In this document: positions 1 to 8,906 of the stretch, one piece after another | How the letters are laid out: the number at the start of each line of letters is the position of its first letter | How positions within the stretch are numbered: the first letter of the stretch is position 1 | DNA from: Comamonadaceae bacterium | Lineage (GTDB): Bacteria; Pseudomonadota; Gammaproteobacteria; Burkholderiales; Burkholderiaceae_C | Assembly (NCBI GenBank): GCA_947478725.1 | Contig: CANJWZ010000017.1 | Span: 5,901-69,900, forward strand | Reading direction: 5' to 3' | DNA: 64,000 nucleotides | The notes under the pieces: model-generated | What the model saw: the letters and a program-made list of their open reading frames with translations, nothing else | What the model was told of the DNA's origin: nothing | Database searches by the model: none | Program-made: the position numbers and the translations under genes

Positions 1-40
1 AGCGCCACTGTGTCAGCAATTGGCTTGAAAAATTGATGTT

Positions 41-56
41 TGGCGTGAATATTGCA
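41..56 (+). promoter_or_regulatory. sigma-54 (-24/-12) promoter of nasT
   Basis: TGGCGTGAATATTGCA; GG at 42-43 and GC at 54-55 are 10 nt apart, the canonical spacing. Confidence 0.65.
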
Positions 57-66
57 AAGTGAACAC

Positions 67-696
67 ATGACCCCGTCACAGTCGCTTCGCCTTGTCGTTA
101 TTGCACCAGATCTGGCTGAATCAGATGACGACGAGCGGTCGGCAGCGTTGGCCGAACGCTCCCGCCAGTTGCGCATTGGCCTGCTTGAAAACGGCTACAA
201 CGTCATTGCCGTGCTCCCGGCAGACACCTTTCTTGACGAGCGGCTGGCGCAACTTCAGCCTGACATGATCATCATTGATGCCGAGAGTGAAGCGCGCGAC
301 AGCCTGGAACACGTGGTGATGGCGACCCGGTATGCGCGGCGGCCGATTGTGCTGTTTACCAACGACAACGACACCAGCCATGTCAAAGATGCGGTGGCCG
401 CAGGCGTATCGGCCTACATCGTGGCCGGCTTGTCGCCCGACCGCATTCGCCCGATTTTGGATGTGGCAATGGCCCGCTTTGAGCACGAACAGGGCTTGCG
501 CCTGGAACTGGCCCACGCCAAAACCGAGCTGCAAGACCGCAAGGTGATTGACCGCGCCAAGGGCCTGCTGATGCAGCGGCAGGGCCTGAGTGAGAAAGTC
601 GCCTACGACCGACTGCGCAAGGCTGCAATGGACAAAGGCCTGCGCCTAGGCGAAGTCGCGCAGCGCATGCTGGATGCGGCCGATCTGCTGGGCTGA
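67..696 (+). CDS. nasT: ANTAR-domain response regulator (nitrate-responsive antiterminator)
   Basis: Pseudo-receiver N-terminus plus C-terminal ANTAR motif (RKVIDRAKGLLMQRQGLSEKVAYDRLRKAAM); sits upstream of nitrate ABC genes. ATG at 67 chosen over the ORF-track start at 52. Confidence 0.9.
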   Translation: MTPSQSLRLVVIAPDLAESDDDERSAALAERSRQLRIGLLENGYNVIAVLPADTFLDERLAQLQPDMIIIDAESEARDSLEHVVMATRYARRPIVLFTNDNDTSHVKDAVAAGVSAYIVAGLSPDRIRPILDVAMARFEHEQGLRLELAHAKTELQDRKVIDRAKGLLMQRQGLSEKVAYDRLRKAAMDKGLRLGEVAQRMLDAADLLG

Positions 697-710
697 GCGC
701 CAGGCCGGGA

Positions 711-745
711 AATCCCTTATTGGTGCAGCGCACAAATGCGGTGCA
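711..745. promoter_or_regulatory. Tandem NtrC-type enhancer sites
   Basis: GCAC-N7-GTGC at 730-744 plus a TTGGTGCA half-site ending at 727, about 160 bp upstream of a sigma-54 promoter. Confidence 0.6.
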
Positions 746-902
746 GTCTTCAAGCTGGACAAGACCAGACTGCAAGACGCTATCAAGATAGTAGCTAGTC
801 ACCCAATCATATATAGGACCTCAGGCACTTTTTATTGATAAAAAAGCTGGTTTTACTGATTTCCAAAGCCATTCAAGGCTATGAAAGGCTCTTGAAGGTT
901 CT

Positions 903-918
903 TGGCACAGGTTTTGCT
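903..918 (+). promoter_or_regulatory. sigma-54 promoter of the nitrate transport operon
   Basis: TGGCACAGGTTTTGCT matches TGGCAC-N5-TTGC. Confidence 0.85.
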
Positions 919-940
919 CACACTGCTTTATCGGCCAGCG

Positions 941-982
941 ACTTCAACGGCGAAGTGACTGGCTCCATGAACAAAGGCGTTC
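941..982 (+). promoter_or_regulatory. Tandem ANTAR-target RNA hairpins
   Basis: ACTTC-AACGGC-GAAGT (941-956) and GAAC-AAAGGC-GTTC (969-982); both hexaloops have A1 and G4 with a C-G closing pair. Confidence 0.85.
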
Positions 983-1038
983 GAACCCTGCCCCCGCTTG
1001 ACTGCGGCGGCACCGGTCGAACGCCTTTTTTTCTTTTT
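973..1038 (+). terminator. Leader intrinsic terminator (attenuator) overlapping ANTAR hairpin 2
   Basis: AAAGGCGTTCGA (973-984) pairs with TCGAACGCCTTT (1017-1028), followed by a long T-tract. Confidence 0.85.
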
Positions 1039-1077
1039 GCTTCCCGACCTCTTTTTCAACTTTCCAGGAGTTTTTGA

Positions 1078-2322
1078 ATGACTGAACTGCTCAAACCTTC
1101 CATCACGCGCCGCCATGTGTTGCAAGCGGCCGCCGTTGGCGCTGTGGGTATCAGCCCCGCCCTGCGCGCTGTGGTGTACGCCCAGGGCTCTGATGCGCCT
1201 GAAAAGAAAGAGGTCAAAATTGGTTTTATTCCCCTGACAGACTGCGCGTCGGTGGTGATGGCCTCGGTGCTGGGCTTTGACAAAAAGCATGGCGTCACCA
1301 TCGTCCCCACCAAGGAAGCCAGTTGGGCCGGCGTGCGTGACAAGCTGGTCAGCGGCGAGCTGGACTTTGCCCATTCCCTCTACGGCCTGATCTACGGCGT
1401 GCACGCAGGCACCGCTGGCCCGAAAAAAGACATGGCCGTGCTGATGACGCTGAACAACAACGGCCAGGCCATCACGCTGAGCAAAAAACTGGCCGACAAG
1501 GGCGCGGTTGACGGCCCGTCACTGGCCAAGCTGATGAAGACCGACAAGCGTGAATACACCTTCGCCCAGACCTTCCCCACCGGCACCCACGCCATGTGGC
1601 TGTATTACTGGATGGCGGCCAATGGCATCAACCCCTGGAAAGACGCCAAAGTCATCACCGTGCCGCCACCGCAAATGGTGGCCAACATGCGGGTTGGCAA
1701 TATGGACGGTTTTTGCGTGGGCGAGCCCTGGAACCACCGCGCCATCATTGACGGCATTGGCGTGACCGCCATCACCACCCAGGACATCTGGAAAGACCAC
1801 CCAGAAAAAGTGCTGGGCAGCACAGCCGAGTTCGTCAAAAAGAACCCGAACACCGCGCGCGCCGTGACCGCCGCCATTCTGGAAGCGGGCAAGTGGATTG
1901 ATGCCAGCCTGAGCAACAAAGCCAAGATGGCCGAAACCATTGCCGACAAGAGCTACGTCAACACCAGCGTGGACGCCATCAACCAGCGCATTTTGGGCCG
2001 CTACCAAAACGGCATGGGCAAGACCTGGGACGACCCGAACTACATGAAGTTCTCAGGCGATGGCGCGGTCAACTTTCCGTACCTGTCTGACGGCATGTGG
2101 TTTTTGACCCAGCACAAACGCTGGGGCTTGATCAAAGACCATGTGGACTATCTGGCCATGGCCAAGCAGGTCAACCACATTGACATTTACAAGCAGGCCG
2201 CTAGCGCAGCGAAAGTCAGTGTGCCCAAAGACGTCATGCGCAGCAGCAAGATGATGGACGGCGTGGTGTGGGACGGCAAAGACCCTGCCAAGTACGCCGA
2301 CAGCTTCAAAGTCAAAGCCTGA
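1078..2322 (+). CDS. nrtA: Nitrate/nitrite ABC transporter substrate-binding protein (CmpA/NrtA family)
   Basis: Tat-like RRHVL signal; GFIPLTDCA, FPTGTH and DGFCVGEPWN motifs. Confidence 0.92.
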   Translation: MTELLKPSITRRHVLQAAAVGAVGISPALRAVVYAQGSDAPEKKEVKIGFIPLTDCASVVMASVLGFDKKHGVTIVPTKEASWAGVRDKLVSGELDFAHSLYGLIYGVHAGTAGPKKDMAVLMTLNNNGQAITLSKKLADKGAVDGPSLAKLMKTDKREYTFAQTFPTGTHAMWLYYWMAANGINPWKDAKVITVPPPQMVANMRVGNMDGFCVGEPWNHRAIIDGIGVTAITTQDIWKDHPEKVLGSTAEFVKKNPNTARAVTAAILEAGKWIDASLSNKAKMAETIADKSYVNTSVDAINQRILGRYQNGMGKTWDDPNYMKFSGDGAVNFPYLSDGMWFLTQHKRWGLIKDHVDYLAMAKQVNHIDIYKQAASAAKVSVPKDVMRSSKMMDGVVWDGKDPAKYADSFKVKA

Positions 2323-2360
2323 CATCCAGCAGCCGATTCACCTTTCATCAGGCACACACC

Positions 2361-3299
2361 ATGGTTGCTGCTGTTTTTCATGAGGTCAACAATGCAGGCA
2401 GCTCAGGCGCTACTGATTCAGGAGCTGCTCGCACACATAAACAGGGGTCTACAGCCCTAAAAGATATGTCAACTACCGAAAACACTGCGCCAGTAGCAGC
2501 CTCCAGGCCAACGCGCGACCTGTCGTTCATTTGGATGGGTATCATGCCGCCCATTTTGGGCTTTGCATTTTTGGTCTTGCTGTGGATGGCGATATCCATC
2601 AGCAGCAAAGGCAGCATTCCATCGCCGAGCGCCACCTTCAGCCAGGCGGTCACGATCTTCAGTGACCCGTTTTACAGCAAGGGGCCCAACGATCAGGGCA
2701 TTGGCTGGAACATCCTGTCGTCCCTCAAGCGGGTGGCGCTGGGTTTTGGCCTGGCCGCCATCGTCGGGATTCCGGTGGGTTTCATGATTGGCCGCTTCAA
2801 GTTTTTGAGCAGCATGTTCAACCCGCTCATCAGCTTGCTTCGCCCGGTGTCACCGCTGGCCTGGTTGCCGATTGGCTTGCTGGTGTTCAAGGGTGCCAAC
2901 CCGGCGGCCATCTGGACAATTTTTATCTGCTCGATCTGGCCGATGATCATCAACACCGCGGTGGGTGTTCAGCGCGTGCCGCAAGACTATATGAACGTGG
3001 CACGGGTGCTGAACCTGTCTGAATGGAAAATTTTCACCAAGATTTTGTTTCCGGCGGTGCTGCCCTACATGCTGACTGGGGTGCGACTGGCGGTGGGTAC
3101 CGCCTGGCTGGTGATTGTGGCGGCAGAGATGCTGACAGGCGGCGTCGGCATCGGCTTTTGGGTCTGGGACGAATGGAACAACCTGAATGTCAAGAACATC
3201 ATCATCGCGATTTTTGTGATTGGCGTTGTGGGTTTGATCCTAGAGTTTGCGCTGATCAAAATCGCCACCGCCTTCACGTTTGAAGAGGTAAGAACTTGA
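2361..3299 (+). CDS. nrtB: Nitrate ABC transporter permease
   Basis: Hydrophobic helices, PVSPLAWLP and AWLVIVAAEML motifs; start at MVAAVFH (2361) or 2466. Confidence 0.9.
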   Translation: MVAAVFHEVNNAGSSGATDSGAARTHKQGSTALKDMSTTENTAPVAASRPTRDLSFIWMGIMPPILGFAFLVLLWMAISISSKGSIPSPSATFSQAVTIFSDPFYSKGPNDQGIGWNILSSLKRVALGFGLAAIVGIPVGFMIGRFKFLSSMFNPLISLLRPVSPLAWLPIGLLVFKGANPAAIWTIFICSIWPMIINTAVGVQRVPQDYMNVARVLNLSEWKIFTKILFPAVLPYMLTGVRLAVGTAWLVIVAAEMLTGGVGIGFWVWDEWNNLNVKNIIIAIFVIGVVGLILEFALIKIATAFTFEEVRT

Positions 3300-3304
3300 A
3301 CCAC

Positions 3305-3380
3305 TCCCGAAGCGCCTTTGGCGCTTCCCCCTCAAGGGGGCGCCACCAGTGGCCCGGCAAAGCCGGTTCCACGGTCGCCA
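3305..3380. repeat. GC-rich multi-hairpin REP-like intergenic element
   Basis: Hairpins AAGCGCC-TTT-GGCGCTT, CCCCC-TCAA-GGGGG and CCGG-CAAAG-CCGG between nrtB and nrtD; one copy in this window. Confidence 0.5.
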
Positions 3381-3397
3381 TGAACTAGGAAAATACC

Positions 3398-4210
3398 ATG
3401 TCATCACTCACTTCCAAGTACATCGAAATCCAGAACGTCGAACAAACCTTCAAGACCAAAAAAGGGCCGTTCTGCGCCCTGAAAAACGTCAACCTGACAG
3501 TCGCCAAAGGCGAGTTTGTCGCGCTGATTGGCCACTCGGGCTGCGGCAAGTCAACCCTGCTCAACCTGATCGCCGGTTTGACCAGGCCCACCGAAGGCAG
3601 CCTGATTTGCGCCAACCGCGAAATCGCCGGCCCCGGGCCAGAGCGGTCAGTGGTGTTTCAAAACCATTCACTGCTGCCCTGGCTGACGTGTTTTGAAAAC
3701 GTATACCTGGCGGTTGAACGCGTTTTTAGCAGCAGCGAGAACAAAGCCCAACTCAAGGCCCGCACCGACGCCGTACTGGCCATGGTCGGCCTGACAGCCG
3801 CCGCCCAAAAGCGGCCCGGCGAAATCTCAGGCGGCATGAAGCAGCGCGTGGGCATTGCGCGTGCGCTGTCGATGGAGCCCAAAGTGCTGCTGCTCGACGA
3901 ACCCTTTGGTGCGCTTGACGCCTTGACCCGTGCCAAGTTGCAAGACGAACTGCTGGCCATTGTGGACAAAACCCACAGCACGGTGGTGATGGTGACCCAC
4001 GACGTGGACGAAGCCGTGCTGCTGAGCGACCGCATTGTGATGATGACCAACGGGCCGCAAGCCACGATTGGTGAAGTGCTGGACATCCAGCTGGCGCGTC
4101 CGCGCAACCGGGTAGCACTGGCTGAAAGCACCCAATACCTGGCTTACCGCAAAGCGGTGATTGACTTTTTGTACACCCGCCAGGCGCATGTTGAAAAGCT
4201 GACCGCTTGA
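3398..4210 (+). CDS. nrtD: Nitrate ABC transporter ATP-binding protein
   Basis: Walker A GHSGCGKS, signature ISGGMKQR, Walker B LLLDEPF. Confidence 0.9.
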   Translation: MSSLTSKYIEIQNVEQTFKTKKGPFCALKNVNLTVAKGEFVALIGHSGCGKSTLLNLIAGLTRPTEGSLICANREIAGPGPERSVVFQNHSLLPWLTCFENVYLAVERVFSSSENKAQLKARTDAVLAMVGLTAAAQKRPGEISGGMKQRVGIARALSMEPKVLLLDEPFGALDALTRAKLQDELLAIVDKTHSTVVMVTHDVDEAVLLSDRIVMMTNGPQATIGEVLDIQLARPRNRVALAESTQYLAYRKAVIDFLYTRQAHVEKLTA

Positions 4211-4230
4211 CGCTGCGCGATTGCCACCGC

Positions 4231-4277
4231 GCCCGGCCCAATGATTTCATGTGTGTGCAGCTATTAAAAAAATAGCA
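4231..4277 (+). repeat. Interspersed ~50-bp repeat, copy 1
   Basis: Ends in GCTATTAAAAAAATAGCA; similar to copies at 4984, 32299, 33967 and 46389. Confidence 0.5.
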
Positions 4278-4311
4278 GACTGCATCAATGAAATAACTTC
4301 AAGCAAATAAC

Positions 4312-4353
4312 TTGACCGACAGACCGACCCGGTTTAGTATTACATTCGTAATA
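4312..4353 (+). promoter_or_regulatory. sigma-70 promoter with palindromic TA operator
   Basis: TTGACC-17-TAGTAT; TATTAC-ATTC-GTAATA palindrome at 4338-4353 overlaps the -10. Confidence 0.65.
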
Positions 4354-4366
4354 ACGGAGTCACATC

Positions 4367-4591
4367 ATGCACATGCTCAAACTCACGCAAATTGGTAATT
4401 CGGTCGGCGCTATCTTTCCTAAAGACTTGCTGGCTCAAATGCGGCTTGAAAAAGGTGACGATTTTTATGTCACTGAAACGCCTGACGGCTTGCGCATCAC
4501 GACCTACAACCCTGAATTTGAAGAACAAATGCGCCTGGGTCGCGAGATCATGAAAGAGCGCCGTGCGGTGCTGCGCGAGCTGGCCAAATGA
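4367..4591 (+). CDS. AbrB/MazE-family antitoxin
   Basis: LTQIGNSVGAIFPK swapped-hairpin motif; ATGA overlap with the doc-like gene. Confidence 0.85.
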   Translation: MHMLKLTQIGNSVGAIFPKDLLAQMRLEKGDDFYVTETPDGLRITTYNPEFEEQMRLGREIMKERRAVLRELAK

Positions 4592-4983
4592 CAAGCTGGC
4601 GCTGGATAGACCGCACCGTATTGATCGCCATCCACGACATGCAGCTGGCCGAGCACGGAGGCGGCGCGGGCCTGCGCGACGGCAATCTGCTTGAATCAGC
4701 CTTGGCCAAACCGGAAAACCTGGCTGCCTACGGCAACCCTGATGCAGCAGCCCTAGCCGCTGCTTACGGTTACGGAATTTCGCGCAACCATGCATTTATC
4801 GACGGCAACAAGCGAACCGCGTTGGTGGCGGCAGAGCTGTTTTTACAGCTCAATGGTTGGCGCCTGGTTGTCGATGATGCGGATTGCGTATTCACCATGC
4901 TGGCCGTTGCTGCTGGCGAGATCACAGAAGACGCTTTTGCCGACTGGCTGCGCCTGCATACCCATAAAAAACCCGCCAAATAA
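4588..4983 (+). CDS. doc: Fic/Doc-family toxin
   Basis: HAFIDGNKRTA Doc motif; LESALAKP segment. Confidence 0.88.
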   Translation: MTSWRWIDRTVLIAIHDMQLAEHGGGAGLRDGNLLESALAKPENLAAYGNPDAAALAAAYGYGISRNHAFIDGNKRTALVAAELFLQLNGWRLVVDDADCVFTMLAVAAGEITEDAFADWLRLHTHKKPAK

Positions 4984-5032
4984 GGCTTTAGCCCAATAAA
5001 TACTTGAGTCATATGCTCATTTATTTATAGCA
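4984..5032 (+). repeat. Interspersed ~50-bp repeat, copy 2
   Basis: GGCTTTAGCCCAATAAATACTTGAGTCATATGCTCATTTATTTATAGCA, between convergent TA pairs. Confidence 0.55.
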
Positions 5033-5035
5033 ATT

Positions 5036-5458
5036 TTATAGTTTAACTAACGCTTCAGCAGGGCTGCAAACAAGCAGTTGATGACTGTCGTTCAGGCTTT
5101 CGGTTAACACCAGCAAGTCCTGGTCACCCGTGATCAACAGCCTTGCCTCGGCTGCGATGGCGGCGTGAATGAACATATCGTCCTTGGCGTCACGGCTGAA
5201 AGTCGTGTTAGCCATGCCCTGCGGCACATCGACCCAAATGGCCGCTGCACTGATGTCGTGCAAAACGGCTTTGCGTTCTTCCAGTGTGGTGTAGCGGTCA
5301 AACTTGGGTTTCCACAGGCGTGACTCAAGTTCTGCAAAAGTGGCGTTGGTGAACACCAAGTGGTGGTCCGTCAGCGCCTTGGCCAGCAGCTTTGCGGGCA
5401 CGCCGTCAGGCGACAGTGCGGCACTGATGATGACGTTGGTGTCGATGACAATTTGCAT
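5036..5458 (-). CDS. PIN-domain toxin
   Basis: VIDTNVIISA, E, RDAKDDMF and ITGDQDLL acidic PIN tetrad. Confidence 0.88.
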   Translation of the reverse strand: MQIVIDTNVIISAALSPDGVPAKLLAKALTDHHLVFTNATFAELESRLWKPKFDRYTTLEERKAVLHDISAAAIWVDVPQGMANTTFSRDAKDDMFIHAAIAAEARLLITGDQDLLVLTESLNDSHQLLVCSPAEALVKL

Positions 5459-5483
5459 GGCTTTGTCGCCAAAAGCCGAAAGT

Positions 5484-5741
5484 TCAGCTCTCGTCGCTCA
5501 GCAACTCGTCGAGTTTGTCTTGCGTCAATCCACGTTCGCGCGCCGAGTTAGCCGTGGCTTGCAGCGTTTGCTTGAGGCGGTCGGCATAAAACGCCCGCAT
5601 GTCGTCGTAGTCTTGCGCCGACACCATCACGCCCACGACACGGTTGTGACGTGTGATGCGAACAGGCTCTTTTTGAGCCATGTCGATCATTTGCCCGAAC
5701 TGGGTTTTGGCGTAGTTGGCGCTGAGAACTTGCATGAGCAC
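5484..5741 (-). CDS. Phd/YefM-family antitoxin
   Basis: SANYAKTQFGQMIDMAQKEPVRITRHNRVVGVMVS; probable start at 5735; AATCG-TT-CGATT palindrome upstream at 5764-5775. Confidence 0.85.
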   Translation of the reverse strand: MLMQVLSANYAKTQFGQMIDMAQKEPVRITRHNRVVGVMVSAQDYDDMRAFYADRLKQTLQATANSARERGLTQDKLDELLSDES

Positions 5742-5792
5742 ATGCTAGCAGATTATTGGCACGAATCGTTCGATTTGAGCGATATTTGAATA

Positions 5793-8099
5793 TTACTTGC
5801 CGACACAATCCGCGTAATACCGCAGCTTGCCTTTGGCATCGACCTGCTCCACCAAGCCGTGAATGTCGGTCTCAAAGCCCGGGCACTGGGCGTTGAACTC
5901 ACGCGCAAACTTCAAATAATCCACGATTTTTTTGTTGAATACTTCGCCCGGAATCAACAGCGGAATACCCGGCGGGTAAGGCGTGACCAGGCCAACCGTG
6001 ATGCGGCCTTCCAGGTGGTCAATCTCGACCCGCTCGGTGGTGCGGTGGGCAATGTGGGCGTAGGCGTCGCTGGGCTTCATGGCAGGCTGCAAATCGCTTT
6101 GGTAAACCTCGGTCGTCAGCCGGGCGATGTCGTACTTGGCGTACATGGTGTGAATGTGCTGGCACAAGTCGGCCAGGCCCATCTTTTCGTACTTGGGGTG
6201 CTTTTGGCAAAACTCGGGCAGGATGCGCCACATGGCGGCATTCTTGTCGTAGTCGTCCTTGAACTGCTGCAAGGCGGTCAGCAGCGTGTTCCACCGGCCC
6301 TTGGTGATGCCGATGGTGAACATGATGAAGAAACTGTACAGACCCGTTTTTTCAACGATCACGCCGTGCTCGGCCAAAAACTTGGTCACGATGCTGGCCG
6401 GAATGCCGGTTTTGGCAAACTTGCCATTGAGGTCCATGCCCGGCGTGACGATGGTCGCCTTGATCGGGTCGAGCATGTTAAAGCCGGTGGCCATTTGCCC
6501 AAAGCCGTGCCAGTTGTTGGCGCCGTTTTTGGCGGTCTTGGCGCTGCGCGATTCGCCTTTGATGATCCAGTCTTTGGCGTTGCCAATGCCCTCTTCGCCA
6601 ACGCCGTCGCCTTCAAACTTGTCCGGCCCCCAGACCTTGAACCACCAGTCGTCGCCATACTCGGCGTCGATTTTCTTCATGGCGCGGCGAAAGTCGAGCG
6701 CCTCGGCAATGCTTTCTTCTACCAAGGCGGTGCCGCCCGGCGGCTCCATCATGGCGGCAGCCACGTCGCAACTGGCAATGATGCTGTACTGCGGCGAGGT
6801 CGAGGTGTGCATCAAGTACGCCTCGTTGAACAAATGCCGGTCCAGCTTGACATCTTGCGAGTCCTGCACCAGCACGTGGCTGGCCTGGCTGATGCCGGCG
6901 AGCAGTTTGTGAATCGACTGGGTCGCATAAACCACGGCGTTTTTCGGGCGAATGCGGTTTTTGCCCATGGCGTGGTAACTGCCGTAAAACGGGTGAAACG
7001 CCGCGTGCGGCAGCCAGGCTTCGTCAAAGTGCAGGTTGTCGATATAACCGTCGAGCATGCCCTTGATGGTCTCGGTGTTGTACAGCACGCCGTCATAGGT
7101 GGACTGGGTCAGCGTCATCACCCGCGGCTTGATTTTGTTGATGCCCTTGACGCCCTTGAGCAGCGGGTTGGCTTCTATCTTGGCGCGAATCGCGTCGGGT
7201 TCAAACTCGCTTTGCGGAATCGGTCCGATGATGCCAAAGTGGTTGCGCGTCGGCTTGAGGAACACCGGAATCGAGCCGGTCATGATGATGGCGTGCAAGA
7301 CCGACTTGTGGCAGTTGCGGTCGACCACCACCACGTCGCCCGGTGCCACGGTGTGGTGCCACACAATCTTGTTGCTGGTCGAGGTGCCGTTGGTGACAAA
7401 AAAGCAGTGGTCAGCGTTAAAAATACGCGCCGCGTTGCGCTCACTGGCGCCAATCGCACCGTCGTGGTCCAGCAGCTGGCCCAGCTCTTCGACCGCGTTG
7501 CACACGTCAGCGCGGAGCATGTTTTCACCATAAAACTGGTGGTACATCTGGCCCACCGGGCTTTTCAAAAACGCCACGCCACCCGAATGGCCGGGGCAGT
7601 GCCAGCTGTAAGAGCCGTCTTCGGCGTAATCGAGCAGCGCCTTGAAGAACGGTGGCTGCACGCCTTCAAGGTAGCTTTTGGCCTCCCGCAGAATATGGCG
7701 CGCCACAAACTCGGGCGTGTCCTCAAACATGTGAATAAAGCCGTGCAGCTCACGCAGAATGTCGTTGGGGATATGGCGAGAGGTTTTGGTTTCGCCGTAA
7801 ACGTAAATCGGCACGTCCAAGTTTTTGCGGCGCACCTCTTCAATGAAGTTGCGCAAGTTCAAAACTGCCGGGTCCAGGTCAGGGCCGGGGGTGAATTCTT
7901 CGTCGTCAATTGACAAAATAAAGGCGCTCGCCCTGCTCTGCTGCTGGGCAAACTGGCTCAAGTCGCCGTAGCTGGTGACGCCAAGTACCTCAAAGCCCTC
8001 TGTCTCAATGGCTTGCGCGAGGGCACGAATCCCCAGGCCAGAGGTGTTTTCAGAACGGAAGTCTTCGTCAATGATGACGATGGGAAAGCGAAATTTCAT
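5793..8099 (-). CDS. Orn/Lys/Arg decarboxylase (PLP-dependent, fold I, with N-terminal wing domain)
   Basis: WHCPGHSGG, VTNGTSTSN, DRNCHKS, DEAW, TQSIHKLL (PLP lysine), YPPGIP; start trimmed to MKFRFPIV. Confidence 0.92.
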   Translation of the reverse strand: MKFRFPIVIIDEDFRSENTSGLGIRALAQAIETEGFEVLGVTSYGDLSQFAQQQSRASAFILSIDDEEFTPGPDLDPAVLNLRNFIEEVRRKNLDVPIYVYGETKTSRHIPNDILRELHGFIHMFEDTPEFVARHILREAKSYLEGVQPPFFKALLDYAEDGSYSWHCPGHSGGVAFLKSPVGQMYHQFYGENMLRADVCNAVEELGQLLDHDGAIGASERNAARIFNADHCFFVTNGTSTSNKIVWHHTVAPGDVVVVDRNCHKSVLHAIIMTGSIPVFLKPTRNHFGIIGPIPQSEFEPDAIRAKIEANPLLKGVKGINKIKPRVMTLTQSTYDGVLYNTETIKGMLDGYIDNLHFDEAWLPHAAFHPFYGSYHAMGKNRIRPKNAVVYATQSIHKLLAGISQASHVLVQDSQDVKLDRHLFNEAYLMHTSTSPQYSIIASCDVAAAMMEPPGGTALVEESIAEALDFRRAMKKIDAEYGDDWWFKVWGPDKFEGDGVGEEGIGNAKDWIIKGESRSAKTAKNGANNWHGFGQMATGFNMLDPIKATIVTPGMDLNGKFAKTGIPASIVTKFLAEHGVIVEKTGLYSFFIMFTIGITKGRWNTLLTALQQFKDDYDKNAAMWRILPEFCQKHPKYEKMGLADLCQHIHTMYAKYDIARLTTEVYQSDLQPAMKPSDAYAHIAHRTTERVEIDHLEGRITVGLVTPYPPGIPLLIPGEVFNKKIVDYLKFAREFNAQCPGFETDIHGLVEQVDAKGKLRYYADCVGK

Positions 8100-8309
8100 G
8101 GCGATAAAGATGGTGATGAATAAAGCGGCAACAAAAGCGTGAGCGAGAAGGACTTGCGAAGTGTACGGAGATAATATGGCATTGGACTGGCACGATGCTA
8201 CATTGGCCGCAAACTGTGTTTGACGGCCTGCAGACTGATCTCTCATGACCAAAGTATCGGCATCGACAAGCTCAGCCCCAAAAATGGTCCCGTCGAACAA
8301 GGCTTAAAA

Positions 8310-8684
8310 ATGGATGTCATCAATGTTTTAGGCAAACCACTGGTGCCCTGCTCGTACGACCCGCTGACGGGTTACTTCAGGGACGGCTGCTGCAAGACAG
8401 ACGAGACCGACACCGGCTCACACCTGATTTGCGCCCGAGTCACCGCCGAATTCTTGGCGTTTTCAATGGCGCGCGGCAACGACCTGACCACGCCCCGCCC
8501 CGAATACCGCTTTAAAGGCCTGCAGCCCGGCGACCGCTGGTGCCTGTGCGCCACCCGCTGGGCCGAGGCCCTGGCTGCAGGCGTGGCCCCACCCGTGGTG
8601 CTGGAAAGCACGCACGCAGCGGCTCTGCGCTTTGTGACGCTGGAACAGCTCGAAAACCACCGCTTTGGCGAAGCCGCGCAGTAG
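8310..8684 (+). CDS. DUF2237-family protein
   Basis: TGYFRDGCC and GLQPGDRWCLCATRW motifs. Confidence 0.85.
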   Translation: MDVINVLGKPLVPCSYDPLTGYFRDGCCKTDETDTGSHLICARVTAEFLAFSMARGNDLTTPRPEYRFKGLQPGDRWCLCATRWAEALAAGVAPPVVLESTHAAALRFVTLEQLENHRFGEAAQ

Positions 8685-8706
8685 CAAGCTAGAATGGAGA
8701 GCTAGC

Positions 8707-8796
8707 GGAAGGGTGGATGAGCGGTTTAAGTCATACGCCTGGAAAGCGTACGTGGGGTTAAACCCACCGCGGGTTCGAATCCCGCCTCTTCCGCCA
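8707..8796 (+). tRNA. tRNA-Ser (anticodon GGA)
   Basis: Acceptor stem GGAAGGG/CTCTTCC, anticodon arm TACGC-CTGGAAA-GCGTA, long variable arm, GTTCGAATC T-loop, encoded CCA. Confidence 0.97.
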
Positions 8797-8906
8797 GTTT
8801 GTCGATGCGAAAGGCTGCAAAAACAGCCTTACCCCCGGTAGAAGCCCCCAGACAAGCCCCCCAAATGCTTGCCTTTGGAACTCACGACATTGGTATGGAG
8901 GTAAAG

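Noticed and set aside
5859-7913. 684-aa + strand ORF, and similar long ORFs at 11854-13788, 17651-19150 and 63063-63791
   Set aside because: Antisense shadows of well-supported genes in GC-rich DNA; no recognisable motifs.
8770-8796. attR copy of the tRNA-Ser 3' end, or an integrase gene
   Set aside because: Neither was found in the window, so no intact mobile element is called.
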